A DNA stretch of 40,672 bases from a virus (IMGVR_UViG_3300045988_145984:1-40672); one strand, 5' to 3'; counted from the stretch's first letter, positions 29,601 to 34,590 are shown. Numbers and translations are program-made. The notes: generated by a model not told the origin, from the sequence alone.

Positions 29601-29931
29601 CGTCCTTGACCGCATGAGTATTCCAGATAGCCAAAAAGCGGTGTTGTTTGACGGTACTGGAAACTACTCCGGCGCGAGCAATATCTACTACACCGCCGAT
29701 GAGCTTAACAGCTGGATTTATGAGCAGCAGCGAGAAGGACGGAAGGACGGCGATATTGCCAAGAGCATTTCCAATGTGTACAGGGAACTTTATCAGGCCG
29801 CATACGAGGTTGCCGACTATCAGAAAATGAGCGATATAGAGACAAAACTATTCGCTCTCGACCTCACTGACAAGAAAGGAAAGCCCTACTGGACACAAAA
29901 GAAATTCGATGAATGGCTCAAGCCCAAGTAA
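17653..29931 (+). CDS. Giant polyvalent (DarB-like) protein, 4,092 aa: N-terminal Gly-zipper/hydrophobic region, ART, N6-adenine DNA MTase, SNF2/DEAH helicase, HExxH metallopeptidase, and a long C-terminal region with hydrophobic segments
   Basis: Single open frame with SD gaggaggg. Domain motifs are listed as separate features. It sits where podovirus ejection/internal virion proteins are usually encoded. Confidence 0.8.
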   Translation: MAKESLYAHAQKVMKKKEMDDAGNAPRPSDSSQSRDSSEASKGRQSLYSHAQKFVTKREEYKPSAEYQRLQQRPTPKRSVTTSTYEDAAARLLSGNNTGKAKFGNSWDRYLELSHKDTLTAEERAEAKAARKNIESAYGAAGKYQQDLLLADIPQEVMDVYRDLGLKADAATGVAMGFLDALGVDWLSDKVADAMHSDSPRMQSQLARAKAAQGTAFGVGNVAGNLYSMLGINQLVGAGAKAVPALSKLPKYAQTAIKGAATYGIKGAYSGLTNTQTKEEWDRRQQLAAEYYAEQGIDYQPIEYSTWQQVGNIAQSFGLGALSGAAGSVAGDFVGDLGKAVLVKLGWQKPLAEVIRQALASTAHAGASTASTYWLYPEDIRPNKEKIVQDLALSFLFSAATTTISTIQVSKQNKEFLNGAINKMRNDYQTILNSDMSKEAQLAGMDEIIKYNQTIRSALSQNYYAGQQSTINELIRSMDAIDEQINIIKNGVAEGTATSSPASSPNGINVPSGYLPGDSLRKAAEEAAGLSPTPPSPSAPIAPVEPPKVSASDIIPPVVTAETKPVATVLNDVNEPPVDNTEAHDNILAIVEDAGKNNTPYDVVLNTANSSIDNNIVTADEVRSRYEQGLAAYNKTTPPAKADTGDNNAVTDISAFEEAGFKHWQKDDKDRLYISMSKLGLSNEVKDIKGRVKVWLDVPTGEVQATKDTPNSVIEAAQKLVDSVQGKADVAENISTAEKPPVYGSDIAQALEHISRIKYDGLIYSVSGQVNGYYTSITRDDSRADGMISNDRSTIYRGGPFATRKEAAADIAGVYDNNFANNTGSSPTPALQAEAALATMTLEEQGAIRQYKSGSDSYMLNEKLYSGAALSENEKKLADNLDKALDKLPNYKGTTYRVLSFDRQGKEAYDAFIARHVPDMPVNYGAYTSSSKTLDGYDIDCALKVKVEIDGFSGKDVSQGFGLETENEVLYGRTVDYITKSVETTQDGVTVIRIKEANLNDEGILAGREKSVDGSAQGQNTQVRAVQEVEGSKRAEQAGVRGVPERDTQSGIQGGSGSLQGELSGGQRNARNTEGELGGQTHGSTQKRSDEGVYEGQNALAPLRGDGREVLPGVLQTELPVSGSEGAGARLSVLREAGNEGTRRADRNDAAGSSRGRSLGNRQGVAVPEGRGEHEVGLEQEAKAEIERTVTEKPKGANFVIGEKLNLPAGEKARYKANVAAIKIVKNLIAENRYATAEEQEALSKYVGWGGLSSAFDAKKEGWSKEYGELQALLSPDEYKSARASTLNAHYTSIDVIRAMYEGLRHLGFQGGRMLEPSGGIGHFMGAMPADMQGTVKSWTMVELDDITGHIAKYLYPNNDVRIEGFEKAKIPNNYMDVAIGNVPFGNYAITDKTYPGTVTSAIHNYFFAKSLDKVRPGGLVTFITSRYTMDAYDDRVRKYLMDNADLLGAIRLPDTAFKSNAGTEVVTDIIVLRKRAAFTPYKGEAFSEARYTLMGRGGTYVNEYFANHPEMVLGTPEMSGSMYGKDGLTYKALKGDLNKQIISAFKNITGKMEYPKRPTVEKVNRDAAIAEAKGKEGSLVAKGNKIYKINDGQLVEHKTTEKQAATTAKILSIRDTARGLLNMQLQSASEMDIKAARSKLNKAYDAFVKQHGFINAPGNKRLYSDDVDAPFITSLENYDAKAKIGRKADIFSKNTVSPRRTITHADSAIDALIVSVNETGGVDIQRIAELTGNSVDAVSRELLDAELVYKNRDGGYETAEQYLSGNVKAKLRDAEDLLPADKDYQRNIDALKKIIPADIPYHDIFVQPGSTWIPLSVYSDFVSHMLNVYNGGYRPKFKVSYSALTGDYIVQIIDSYVKRSVENTATWGTYDKSFAELFSALLNNRRIVVSHKDAEGRSYVDKAATIAAQEKAEAIKAEFQNWIWQDEARRDTLAHLYNETFNNTVTPKYNGANLTVDGISAAKPLRAHQKDVVQRIIASGGNTLIAHKVGAGKTAEMAAAAMKLRQLGVVKKPMFVVPKSVLAQWGQEFISFFPNAKILLPGEQDFTAKRRREFMNKVATGDYDAIIVSQENFSSIPVSADTEYQFAVQQLTELEAGIEMAVRNGQRNDPSVKQMEKKKKQFEARLEKLNSLRKDEGNISFEELGVDSLFVDEAHSYKNLFYTTNMNNVSGLGNKDGAKRSYDLYMKVRYLQQLNGGRGIVFATATPVMNSMSEMYIMQKYLQSDLLKQRGLETFDAWANMFGEVVTVMEMNPTGKGYRQKESFSRFKNLGELQQMFRSFADVLTDIPGLEIPKIKGGKRTVIVSPPSQYQLDYIEQLAERADKLRGSKVDAKADNMLKITSEGRKLSYSQRIMDPSLPYEEDGKIMKCINNVYDIWQRTKKDKMAQLVFCDSATPKGDQQAEAALFAEDAENVSIYDDMKRQLVLRGIPAKEIAFIHDADTQDKKNQLFDDVNAGKVRVLIGSTGKMGVGMNAQKRLYALHHLDAPWRPGDIEQREGRILRQGNVNKEVEIFTYVTEKTFDARMWDNLERKASFINSIMNGDTNAREAEDVGEMVLSFAEIKSIASGNPLIMEQFEVNAEIAKLTTLKRQHSKAVEEAKFRKSTTEAAIAKAKNALPKAQKDLAARKDISGDNFRITVSGVTFTNRQEAGDAIISAAQNFVTSESSDQQRVIGKVAGFDLLVNRDGDAIIRGEGTYNASIKMENAVRTTRSIESALRSIETRVQVLEENISTWQDNIAKLDSIISTPFERQSDLNKAIARNNEITNILNPPEAEAVVADYDDAETDTIQSMFGDSPDDSDVPHDKWNTQRVGSNSKTTMRISDIIGKMRHDFGIPVGTGRMSRRDVLGQYNTHAHSIKTRIANDLPTVAHELGHHLDNAYRLTSELSKDQQAELVDQLSSAMKEKYKPGELKAEGLAEFVRRYMQNKETAKIDYPLFFTHFQAALSPETLATVDEFADEINAYYSLDVNSAQSSIRPMSEGPNDFRTLSEKFSDSKERFYQDWFDSLHAIRMFDKEAGSSVYIDAINSAYSDSIAASVLFTGYVDDDGRQISGGLQSALDGIDLKDKKTYADFNEYLVVRHGPERLQEGMRIFADDRKNSTSWMDTRRNELERQHPEFSGAAEKLYTWQRDFLHNWGVKYGLVSRVSAEEWADRWPSYVPLSRVMEKSRLRGGTRRSFANQDSTIRRAHGSGREIINPIESIITNTVKMVNAAIKNKVALDLVDAAKKEEGLGWLVEPGTPPMKRQVIDMAGTKQALEKGIQESSMDEDAKETAYGIIGELNDYLVQFSRGTKGFGNTITVLRNGKPEFWKINDPLLLESLTNMSPRQAGDFARTIGTINRLITNSITGLNLVWSVGSNTVRDLGTAFTYSEKSPIKLVKEIFASYAQNFRKPDKWSPFHKEYVALGGGHDSAFATDKDMPDQIIGQMMGDFWKHIGRDPAKIAPRLFNNTIGAGIEFVSDIIESGPREAIYVLSRKSGLSPREAMYASHDITVNFKRGGIKSKQLNRFVPFFNAGMQGLDKEVRFFTAEDAPPELKKKVITARLALYIGAYTALGALQWLINSRDEKSRKYYAQLSTYTKNNFWCIPVYKDGEATGEFITIPKPRELAAPASATSALLEKYASGNDDAFRDFDEYLTGSFLPNLADDAAQGLIDLLRGEATPKDVGADLLGNFGIAGIAAYMMANRDFLGRPIESAAYTGEKATHYNERTSKIAKVVGEAFNWSPIMIDYFGKNVFGGFWKFQQALFPVNDEARDFSLGLKNTYWRDSQYSTDLINTMYSLRDAAKTAKDTYPADMDKAIAYSESNTMTTFYSRYNKLAKDNPNRNTRQIVLDMINDFNRSFGSDVRSYAQQKVDAAVRKAGDTEIMPNVMQTFITDDNSKRFELTAEQYVEYQGKFNNLYWQYVTAVADQGEVAIRQAKKRAKNEADAYMLKLLGGHSKAGVAYAAQSSAGISASDDLLYQAALDVAREGGLKKQEVYDVLDRMSIPDSQKAVLFDGTGNYSGASNIYYTADELNSWIYEQQREGRKDGDIAKSISNVYRELYQAAYEVADYQKMSDIETKLFALDLTDKKGKPYWTQKKFDEWLKPK
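20176..20570 (+). other. ADP-ribosyltransferase (R-S-E class) domain within the giant ORF
   Basis: TYR(20341)VLSF, YTSSS (20431..20445) and ETENE (20542..20556), preceded by LEEQGAIRQYKSGSDSYMLNEKLYSG. This is the order and spacing seen in C3/VIP2-type ARTs. Confidence 0.7.
20651..20884 (+). CDS. Embedded shifted-frame ORF 1 (77 aa, Cys-containing) inside the giant ORF
   Basis: SD aaggagg (20634..20640) then ATG. CGLCKRW...PVCEAFPNGIPRAVFKEEVDHFKENYPGDNG reads like a folded small protein. All 6 Arg codons are AGG/AGA. Confidence 0.45.
   Translation: MTKVFSPDEKNQWTAPLRARTPKCGLCKRWRGANEQNRPVCEAFPNGIPRAVFKEEVDHFKENYPGDNGMLGIPKES
20897..21181 (+). CDS. Embedded shifted-frame ORF 2 (94 aa, helical, TnpV-like by eye) inside the giant ORF
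   Basis: TAGGAGGA, then 7 nt, then ATG; the stop of ORF 1 lies inside this SD. LPHYGEMAERYYREFCKPSYRSL...YQYFEKLGMKALDEQTEMMQQG...AWEIVKEWLFP. Confidence 0.5.
   Translation: MAALRSVLTKEFMKDKMPLPHYGEMAERYYREFCKPSYRSLAAKGPEHVYQYFEKLGMKALDEQTEMMQQGVAEDGAWEIVKEWLFPRGEENMK
21232..22080 (+). other. N6-adenine DNA methyltransferase domain within the giant ORF
   Basis: Motif I LEPSGGIGHF (21595..21624) and motif IV GNVPFG (NVPF at 21796..21807). The lead-in YVGWGGLSSAFD is typical of the methylase-helicase proteins of phages and ICEs. Confidence 0.8.
23548..25170 (+). other. SNF2/DEAD-like helicase domain within the giant ORF
   Basis: Walker A GAGKT (23623..23637), DEAH (24109..24120), and helicase-C motifs GSTGKMGVGMNAQ and QREGRILRQGN. 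Confidence 0.85.
26266..26280 (+). other. HExxH zinc-metallopeptidase motif (HELGH) within the giant ORF
   Basis: The TVAHELGHHLDN context was read directly. Confidence 0.55.
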
Positions 29932-29943
29932 AGGAGCAATATT

Positions 29944-29970
29944 AAAAAGCGGGGAGCATTTCCCCGCTTT
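29944..29970. terminator. Bidirectional rho-independent terminator AAAAA-GCGGGGA-gcatt-TCCCCGC-TTT
   Basis: 7-bp GC stem flanked by an A-run and a T-run, between the convergent giant ORF and the minus-strand membrane protein gene. Confidence 0.8.
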
Positions 29971-30337
29971 ACTTCTTTGCTATTATCCTGATGTTCTCCA
30001 CTCCTGTTTTTATTATATGCCATAGATATGGGATTATAGATACTTTTAATGCTATTAGTAGTAAAGGCCAAAATATCAGGCCCAAAACATCTATATCCCT
30101 TTGCACAACGATCGTAGACGCCATCACCCATGCGGCGGTTTCTACCAGAAACGCCAATATTGAAGCTCGTAAAATAATAATTGCGGCTATCAACTTTACC
30201 CACCACGGATAATGCAAAAAGATTAAAGGATAAAGCGCAATCGCTATGCTTGCGATTACAGTAATCGCTTTCCTTGTTCGTTCAGATTTTTCCTGTGCCT
30301 TTTCTATGCTGCATTTCGGTTTGTAGAATTCGCCCAT
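29969..30337 (-). CDS. Multi-pass membrane protein (accessory/moron)
   Basis: 122 aa with 3-4 hydrophobic segments (ITVIASIAIALYPLIFL, LIAAIIILRASILAFLV, LGLIFWPLLLIAL). Strikingly AT-rich DNA, about 27% GC in 30001..30060 by my count. Confidence 0.65.
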   Translation of the reverse strand: MGEFYKPKCSIEKAQEKSERTRKAITVIASIAIALYPLIFLHYPWWVKLIAAIIILRASILAFLVETAAWVMASTIVVQRDIDVLGLIFWPLLLIALKVSIIPYLWHIIKTGVENIRIIAKK

Positions 30338-30338
30338 G

Positions 30339-30761
30339 TCATAAACTCCCCCCTTTTCTTCTCCTTTCCCTCCATCGCGTCACAATCACCTCGACACAAC
30401 AACCAATCATAAGAACCAACAGCAGTATCCCAAGACATTTCAGCATAACGTCCAGCACATCCGTCTCAGGCTCCGGCTCCGGCGTAGGAGCTGGCGTAGG
30501 CGTTGGCGTCGGTAAACTCCTCGACGGCGCTCCGGCGCTGCCTGTCCCCCGGCTCCCCGTAGCATCATCAAAGTCAAACGGGCATTCGCCGTCTATATGC
30601 TGATGTGCCTCGTGACCGTGGTGGTAATGGTATTCTCCTGTTGAGCGGTCATAATGTCCACCCTCACTATCCGTACCGCCCGAATGGGCGGTTGCAACCG
30701 CCTTAAACAGTATGAGCGCAGCCATGCATGAGACTGCGGCAACGAGCAATAACCTTCTCAA
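30339..30761 (-). CDS. YHYH-domain protein with a signal peptide, Pro/Thr/Glu linker and C-terminal TM anchor
   Basis: GGTDSEGGHYDRSTGEYHYHHG is the YHYH motif. N-terminal hydrophobic leader. TTG start with SD gaggt. PTPTPTPAPTPEPEPE linker, then LGILLLVLMIGCCVEVIV. Confidence 0.7.
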   Translation of the reverse strand: MRRLLLVAAVSCMAALILFKAVATAHSGGTDSEGGHYDRSTGEYHYHHGHEAHQHIDGECPFDFDDATGSRGTGSAGAPSRSLPTPTPTPAPTPEPEPETDVLDVMLKCLGILLLVLMIGCCVEVIVTRWRERRRKGGSL

Positions 30762-30874
30762 TTAAGAAACCTCGCGCTATTTCTCTTAATTCTCATCTTT
30801 AACATAATTCTCTTTTGTTTTCATGCTACTGTCAAGCGGTAAATATCATCTTTAGCAAAAAAGAGACGAGGCGC

Positions 30875-31117
30875 ATGAAAATATACGACTACAACGGCAA
30901 GAAGAACATATCCGGCAAGCGAATACGTGAGTGCAGGCGCAAGGTCGGCATGACGCAGGCAGAGCTTGCGGCGCAGCTCCAGCTATCCGGCATTACCCTT
31001 GAAAATAACTGCGTGAGCAGGATTGAAAGCGGCGCAAGGTTCGTCGCCGATTATGAACTCCTCGTGCTGTCCGAGATATTCGGCGTAACCATGGAATATC
31101 TGGTTGGCAAAGAATAG
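30875..31117 (+). CDS. XRE-family HTH transcriptional regulator (Cro/CI-like)
   Basis: ISGKRIRECRRKVGMTQAELAAQLQLSGITLENNCVSRIESGARFVADYELLVLSEIFGV is a canonical HTH_3 domain. It is divergent from the YHYH operon. Confidence 0.85.
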   Translation: MKIYDYNGKKNISGKRIRECRRKVGMTQAELAAQLQLSGITLENNCVSRIESGARFVADYELLVLSEIFGVTMEYLVGKE

Positions 31118-31132
31118 TCGCCAGCATATTAG

Positions 31133-31155
31133 GCATCCTCGCGGATGCTTTTTTT
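31133..31155 (+). terminator. Rho-independent terminator GCATCC-tcgc-GGATGC followed by T7
   Basis: 6-bp stem plus a TTTTTTT run, 16 nt after the XRE stop codon. Confidence 0.75.
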
Positions 31156-31159
31156 ATTT

Positions 31160-31201
31160 TTGGTCAAAAACGGGGAGAAATGACATAAACCGGCCTGTTA
31201 C
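31160..31201 (+). promoter_or_regulatory. Conserved motif copy B: TTGGTCAAAAACGGGGAGAAAT ... CCTGTTAC upstream of the tail-fibre/DGR operon
   Basis: Matches 5621..5655. The only differences are a 1-nt indel in block 1 and the spacer length between the two blocks. Confidence 0.5.
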
Positions 31202-31226
31202 CATCGTGGAAAAAGGAGGCGATGGT

Positions 31227-32999
31227 GTGAATGAAATAATCTACCGGCTTCGCTTAGACTGCTCAAAGCCCGGAACTCAGGCAAGCATATACGTCAAAAA
31301 GGGCGACATAAAATCCCGAAAGCTCTCCATCTCCCTCTATAACGGCTCCACGCCGTATGAGGTGCCGGACGGTTGCAGCGTAGTCCTCAGGGCTAAAAAA
31401 CCCGACGCCACTATCGTATACGATGACTGCACGGTGAACGGAAACGTGGTAACTCACCTTCTCACCTCAAAGGCGGTAGAGGTCTCAGGTACGGTCAAGT
31501 GCGAACTGACGATTTATGGGCCGGATAGCGAGGTCCTGTTCTCTCCGTGGTTCAATCTCTATGTTACCGACCCGCTGTACGAAGATGACGACGTTATCTC
31601 CACCAGCGAATTCAGCGCATTAACCGCTGCCGTAAGCGCCATGACCTCCCTTGCCAACAGGTGGGGCAATCCCAGCGCGGGGGTGAAGGACGGTGAAACG
31701 CCGGGCGTAGAAGTGACAATAAGTGATAATGGCGTGGAATTCACATTTACCCTGCTGAAAGGTGACAAAGGAGAGACCGGCGAAAAAGGTGCGACTGGCG
31801 AGACCGGCGCGACGGGCGCAAAAGGTGCCGACGGCGTAAGCGTTACGAGCGTAGAGCAGACTACTACATCCACCGCAGACGGCGGGGAAAACATCGTCAC
31901 AGTCACGCTTTCCAATGGCAACACCAGCACCTTCAAGGTGAAGAACGGCTCCAAGGGCTCTAAGGGCGATACCGGCAAGACCGGTGACAAAGGAGAGACC
32001 GGCGACAAAGGTGAGACTGGCAAGACCGGCGCGACGGGCGCAAAAGGTGCCGACGGCGTAAGCGTTACGAGCGTAGAGCAAACGACTACCTCGGTGGCAG
32101 ACGGCGGGGAAAACATCGTCACAGTCACGCTCTCCAACGGTAACACCAGCACCTTCAAGGTGAAGAACGGCTCCAAAGGCTCAAAGGGCGATACCGGCAA
32201 AACCGGTGACAAAGGAGAGACCGGCGAAAAAGGTGAGACTGGAACCGGCCTCGACATCAAGGGGACATACGCAACACTCGATGCGCTGGAAGCAGCGATA
32301 ACCTCACCCGCGCAGGGCGATATGTACAACGTGGGCACAGCCGCTCCTTATAACATCTATATGTGGGACGAAACCGTTGCGCCTCATAGCTGGGTAGACC
32401 AAGGGCAGCTTCAGGGAGCTAAGGGCGAAAAAGGCGAAACTGGCGCGACGGGCGCTACCGGCAAGGATGGTAAAGACGGCTTAAACGGTACAAACGGTAA
32501 AGACGGCGTAAGCGTAACGAGCATTGAGCAGACTACCACCTCCACCGCGGACGGCGGGGAAAACATCGTCACAGTCACGCTTTCCAATGGCAACACCAGC
32601 ACCTTCAAGGTGAAGAACGGCTCCAAGGGCTCTAAGGGCGATACCGGCAAAACCGGTGACAAAGGAGAGACGGGCAGTACTGGCGCGACGGGCGCTGCCG
32701 GAGCCGACGGCGTGAGCGTTACGAGCGTAGAGCAAACGACCACTTCGGCGGCTGACGGCGGGGAAAACATCGTCACAGTCACGCTCTCCAACGGTAACAC
32801 CAGCACCTTCAAGGTGAAGAACGGCTCCAAAGGCTCAAAGGGCGATACCGGCAAAACCGGAGCGGTATTCACTCCTTCCGTATCTTCCGCCGGTGTGCTC
32901 TCCTGGAGCAACAACGGCGAATTAAGCAACCCCGCCTCCGTTGACCTTGTGGCGGCGGTAATAGCGGCTCTTCCGAGTGCAGACAGCCAAGCATATTAG
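31227..32999 (+). CDS. Tail fibre with an N-terminal BppU-like domain, collagen-like GXY tracts and four repeated beta-modules
   Basis: GTG start with SD aaaggagg 7 nt upstream. GDKGETGEKGATGETGATGAKGADG triplet repeats. The module VSVTSVEQTTTSxADGGENIVTVTLSNGNTSTFKVKNGSKGSKGDTGKTG occurs four times. Confidence 0.8.
   Translation: MNEIIYRLRLDCSKPGTQASIYVKKGDIKSRKLSISLYNGSTPYEVPDGCSVVLRAKKPDATIVYDDCTVNGNVVTHLLTSKAVEVSGTVKCELTIYGPDSEVLFSPWFNLYVTDPLYEDDDVISTSEFSALTAAVSAMTSLANRWGNPSAGVKDGETPGVEVTISDNGVEFTFTLLKGDKGETGEKGATGETGATGAKGADGVSVTSVEQTTTSTADGGENIVTVTLSNGNTSTFKVKNGSKGSKGDTGKTGDKGETGDKGETGKTGATGAKGADGVSVTSVEQTTTSVADGGENIVTVTLSNGNTSTFKVKNGSKGSKGDTGKTGDKGETGEKGETGTGLDIKGTYATLDALEAAITSPAQGDMYNVGTAAPYNIYMWDETVAPHSWVDQGQLQGAKGEKGETGATGATGKDGKDGLNGTNGKDGVSVTSIEQTTTSTADGGENIVTVTLSNGNTSTFKVKNGSKGSKGDTGKTGDKGETGSTGATGAAGADGVSVTSVEQTTTSAADGGENIVTVTLSNGNTSTFKVKNGSKGSKGDTGKTGAVFTPSVSSAGVLSWSNNGELSNPASVDLVAAVIAALPSADSQAY
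31790..32870 (+). repeat. Intragenic tandem repeats (two units of 222 bp, then two of about 204 bp) with collagen-like triplets
   Basis: gacggcgtaagcgttacgagcgtagagca... recurs starting at 31830, 32052, 32502 and 32706. Confidence 0.85.
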
Positions 33000-33007
33000 G
33001 GAGGTAA

Positions 33008-34111
33008 ATGACAATGGCACAGTGGGCTAAAACAAACACACAGCATTATGAAAATATCGCCGCGGCTATCCGCGCAAAGAACGGCGGCACGGAAACCTAC
33101 ACCCCCGCGCAGATGGCCGCAGCAATAGCGGCTATACCAAGCGGTGCGTCCATAGACGCAGTGAGCGGTTCATCTCTGCCGGCAACAGTGGTTAATGACC
33201 AAGTTTATATCATCACCTCTACTACCCCCGGTACGATATACATTGACACTGATATGCCTTCCAGCCCCGCGAGCGGCGATGCGTGGGTTGTCGTGGCAGA
33301 AGGCGGTGTTGGTGCTATCGCTTTTACGGAGGACAGCCCTTTATTCCGCGTGGGTTTCAAAGCGGTAAAGCAGTACGGCAGCAATGGTAAGTGGAGCAAC
33401 GTAGAGGCTTATCTCGGGGTGTCCGGCGCCTGGGTAAAGATAGGCGTCAGTCTACCGCCTGCCGGAACCCCCTTGAACAACTTCACGTGGGCGCAGATAG
33501 ACTATATCAGCGAAAACGGCCTTATGTCCGATTATTTCAACATAGGTGACACCAAGAACGTTACCATAGGCAGCGCAACATACGTCGTGGAGATTGTGGG
33601 CTTCTCGCACGACGACAGAGCGGACGGCAGCGGCAAGGCAGGTCTGACATTCGGCTTAAAGGACTGCCTCAATACCGCCTACCAGATGAACAGCTCCAAT
33701 ACCAACGCCGGAGGCTGGGGAAGCTGCGCTCTTCGCGCAACGCTGCGCGGCGATATATGGAATCAGCTCCCGTCCGATCTTCGCGGCGTCATCAAAGAGG
33801 TAACTAAAAAAACGTCGACTGGCAACTCAAGCAGCACCATAAATAGCATCAGCGACACCTTATTCCTATTCGCAGAAAAGGAAATTTTCGGCAGTACGCA
33901 GTACTCGGTCAACGGCGAGGGAACTCAGTATGCCAGGTTCACCACCAGCAACACCCGCATTAAAAAGCTCAACGGTTCCGCGACGTTCTGGTGGCTTCGC
34001 TCGCCTCGTTCCAGCTACGGCGACATCTTCTGTGCTGTGAACATTTCAGGTGCAGCCTACTACTACATCGCCAGCACCTCCTACGGCGTCGCCTTCGGAT
34101 TCTGCGTTTAA
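33008..34111 (+). CDS. DGR variable protein 2 (cis target), probable receptor-binding protein
   Basis: SD gggaggt. The C-terminal ATFWWLRSPRSSYGDIFCAVNISGAAYYYIASTSYGVAFGFCV is encoded by VR2. It lies directly after the tail fibre gene and before avd. Confidence 0.9.
   Translation: MTMAQWAKTNTQHYENIAAAIRAKNGGTETYTPAQMAAAIAAIPSGASIDAVSGSSLPATVVNDQVYIITSTTPGTIYIDTDMPSSPASGDAWVVVAEGGVGAIAFTEDSPLFRVGFKAVKQYGSNGKWSNVEAYLGVSGAWVKIGVSLPPAGTPLNNFTWAQIDYISENGLMSDYFNIGDTKNVTIGSATYVVEIVGFSHDDRADGSGKAGLTFGLKDCLNTAYQMNSSNTNAGGWGSCALRATLRGDIWNQLPSDLRGVIKEVTKKTSTGNSSSTINSISDTLFLFAEKEIFGSTQYSVNGEGTQYARFTTSNTRIKKLNGSATFWWLRSPRSSYGDIFCAVNISGAAYYYIASTSYGVAFGFCV
33975..34105 (+). repeat. DGR variable repeat VR2
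   Basis: 131 bp colinear with TR 34591..34721. There are 13 substitutions, all at TR adenines. Confidence 0.92.
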
Positions 34112-34128
34112 TCTGAACTCTAAAAATC

Positions 34129-34147
34129 CCCGCCCCTTGTGGGCGGG
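34129..34147 (+). promoter_or_regulatory. GC hairpin CCCGCCC-cttgt-GGGCGGG, 24 nt downstream of VR2
   Basis: 7-bp stem with a 5-nt loop and no T-run. Its position matches the target-recognition hairpins described downstream of DGR VRs. Confidence 0.4.
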
Positions 34148-34162
34148 AAGCGAGGTAACAAT

Positions 34163-34573
34163 ATGTCAGTACCGAAAAGTAAGCGCACGGAAAGCAGTAT
34201 ACAGTTTTTGCAAACAGCCAGCGAGATCAACCGAATGACGCGAAAGCTCGCAATGGCGCTGCCAAAACGATACACGTTTTTCGGCGGCACGGAGCTTGCC
34301 CATCTTGCGGCGGAGTGCCATCACCACATGAAAGCCGCGAACAGTATATTCCCGGTCAATGCTCATGAGCTTCAGCTACGGCGCGATCACCTCACGGAAG
34401 GAAACAATGCGCTGCAAGCACTTCTCGATGAGCTGGACATCGTATATCAGGAATACCCGGATATGCGGAAACGGGTCGAGAATATTGTTGGTCTCGCCGT
34501 AGCTGAAGCAAAGCTGATATCCGGCGTAAAAGACGCTGATAAACGGCGATTTAAGAATTTGATTCAAGTTTAG
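34163..34573 (+). CDS. avd: DGR accessory variability determinant (Avd-like four-helix-bundle protein)
   Basis: SD gaggt 6 nt before ATG 34163; 136 aa, basic and helical. LPKRYTFFGGTELAHLAAECHHHMKAANSIF resembles the FPKxExF..G.Q..RA..S...NIAEG pattern. It sits between the target and the TR. Confidence 0.7.
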   Translation: MSVPKSKRTESSIQFLQTASEINRMTRKLAMALPKRYTFFGGTELAHLAAECHHHMKAANSIFPVNAHELQLRRDHLTEGNNALQALLDELDIVYQEYPDMRKRVENIVGLAVAEAKLISGVKDADKRRFKNLIQV

Positions 34574-34590
34574 GTTTTGCGCTGTTAAGC

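Noticed and set aside
31104-31226. N-terminal extension of the tail fibre ORF from 31104.
   Set aside because: It overlaps the XRE gene's 3' end and spans a rho-independent terminator and the conserved motif. GTG 31227 has an AAAGGAGG SD.
31790-32870. Regularly spaced repeats that might suggest a CRISPR array.
   Set aside because: The repeat units are 204-222 bp, lie within a coding frame and encode collagen-like and beta-module protein repeats. There is no short repeat/spacer architecture.
31559-32929. Minus-strand ORFs (259 aa and 172 aa) rich in PVSP/PLSP repeats opposite the tail fibre gene.
   Set aside because: They are the mirror image of collagen-like GXY repeats. The plus-strand frame has an SD, an N-terminal fibre domain and GXY periodicity.
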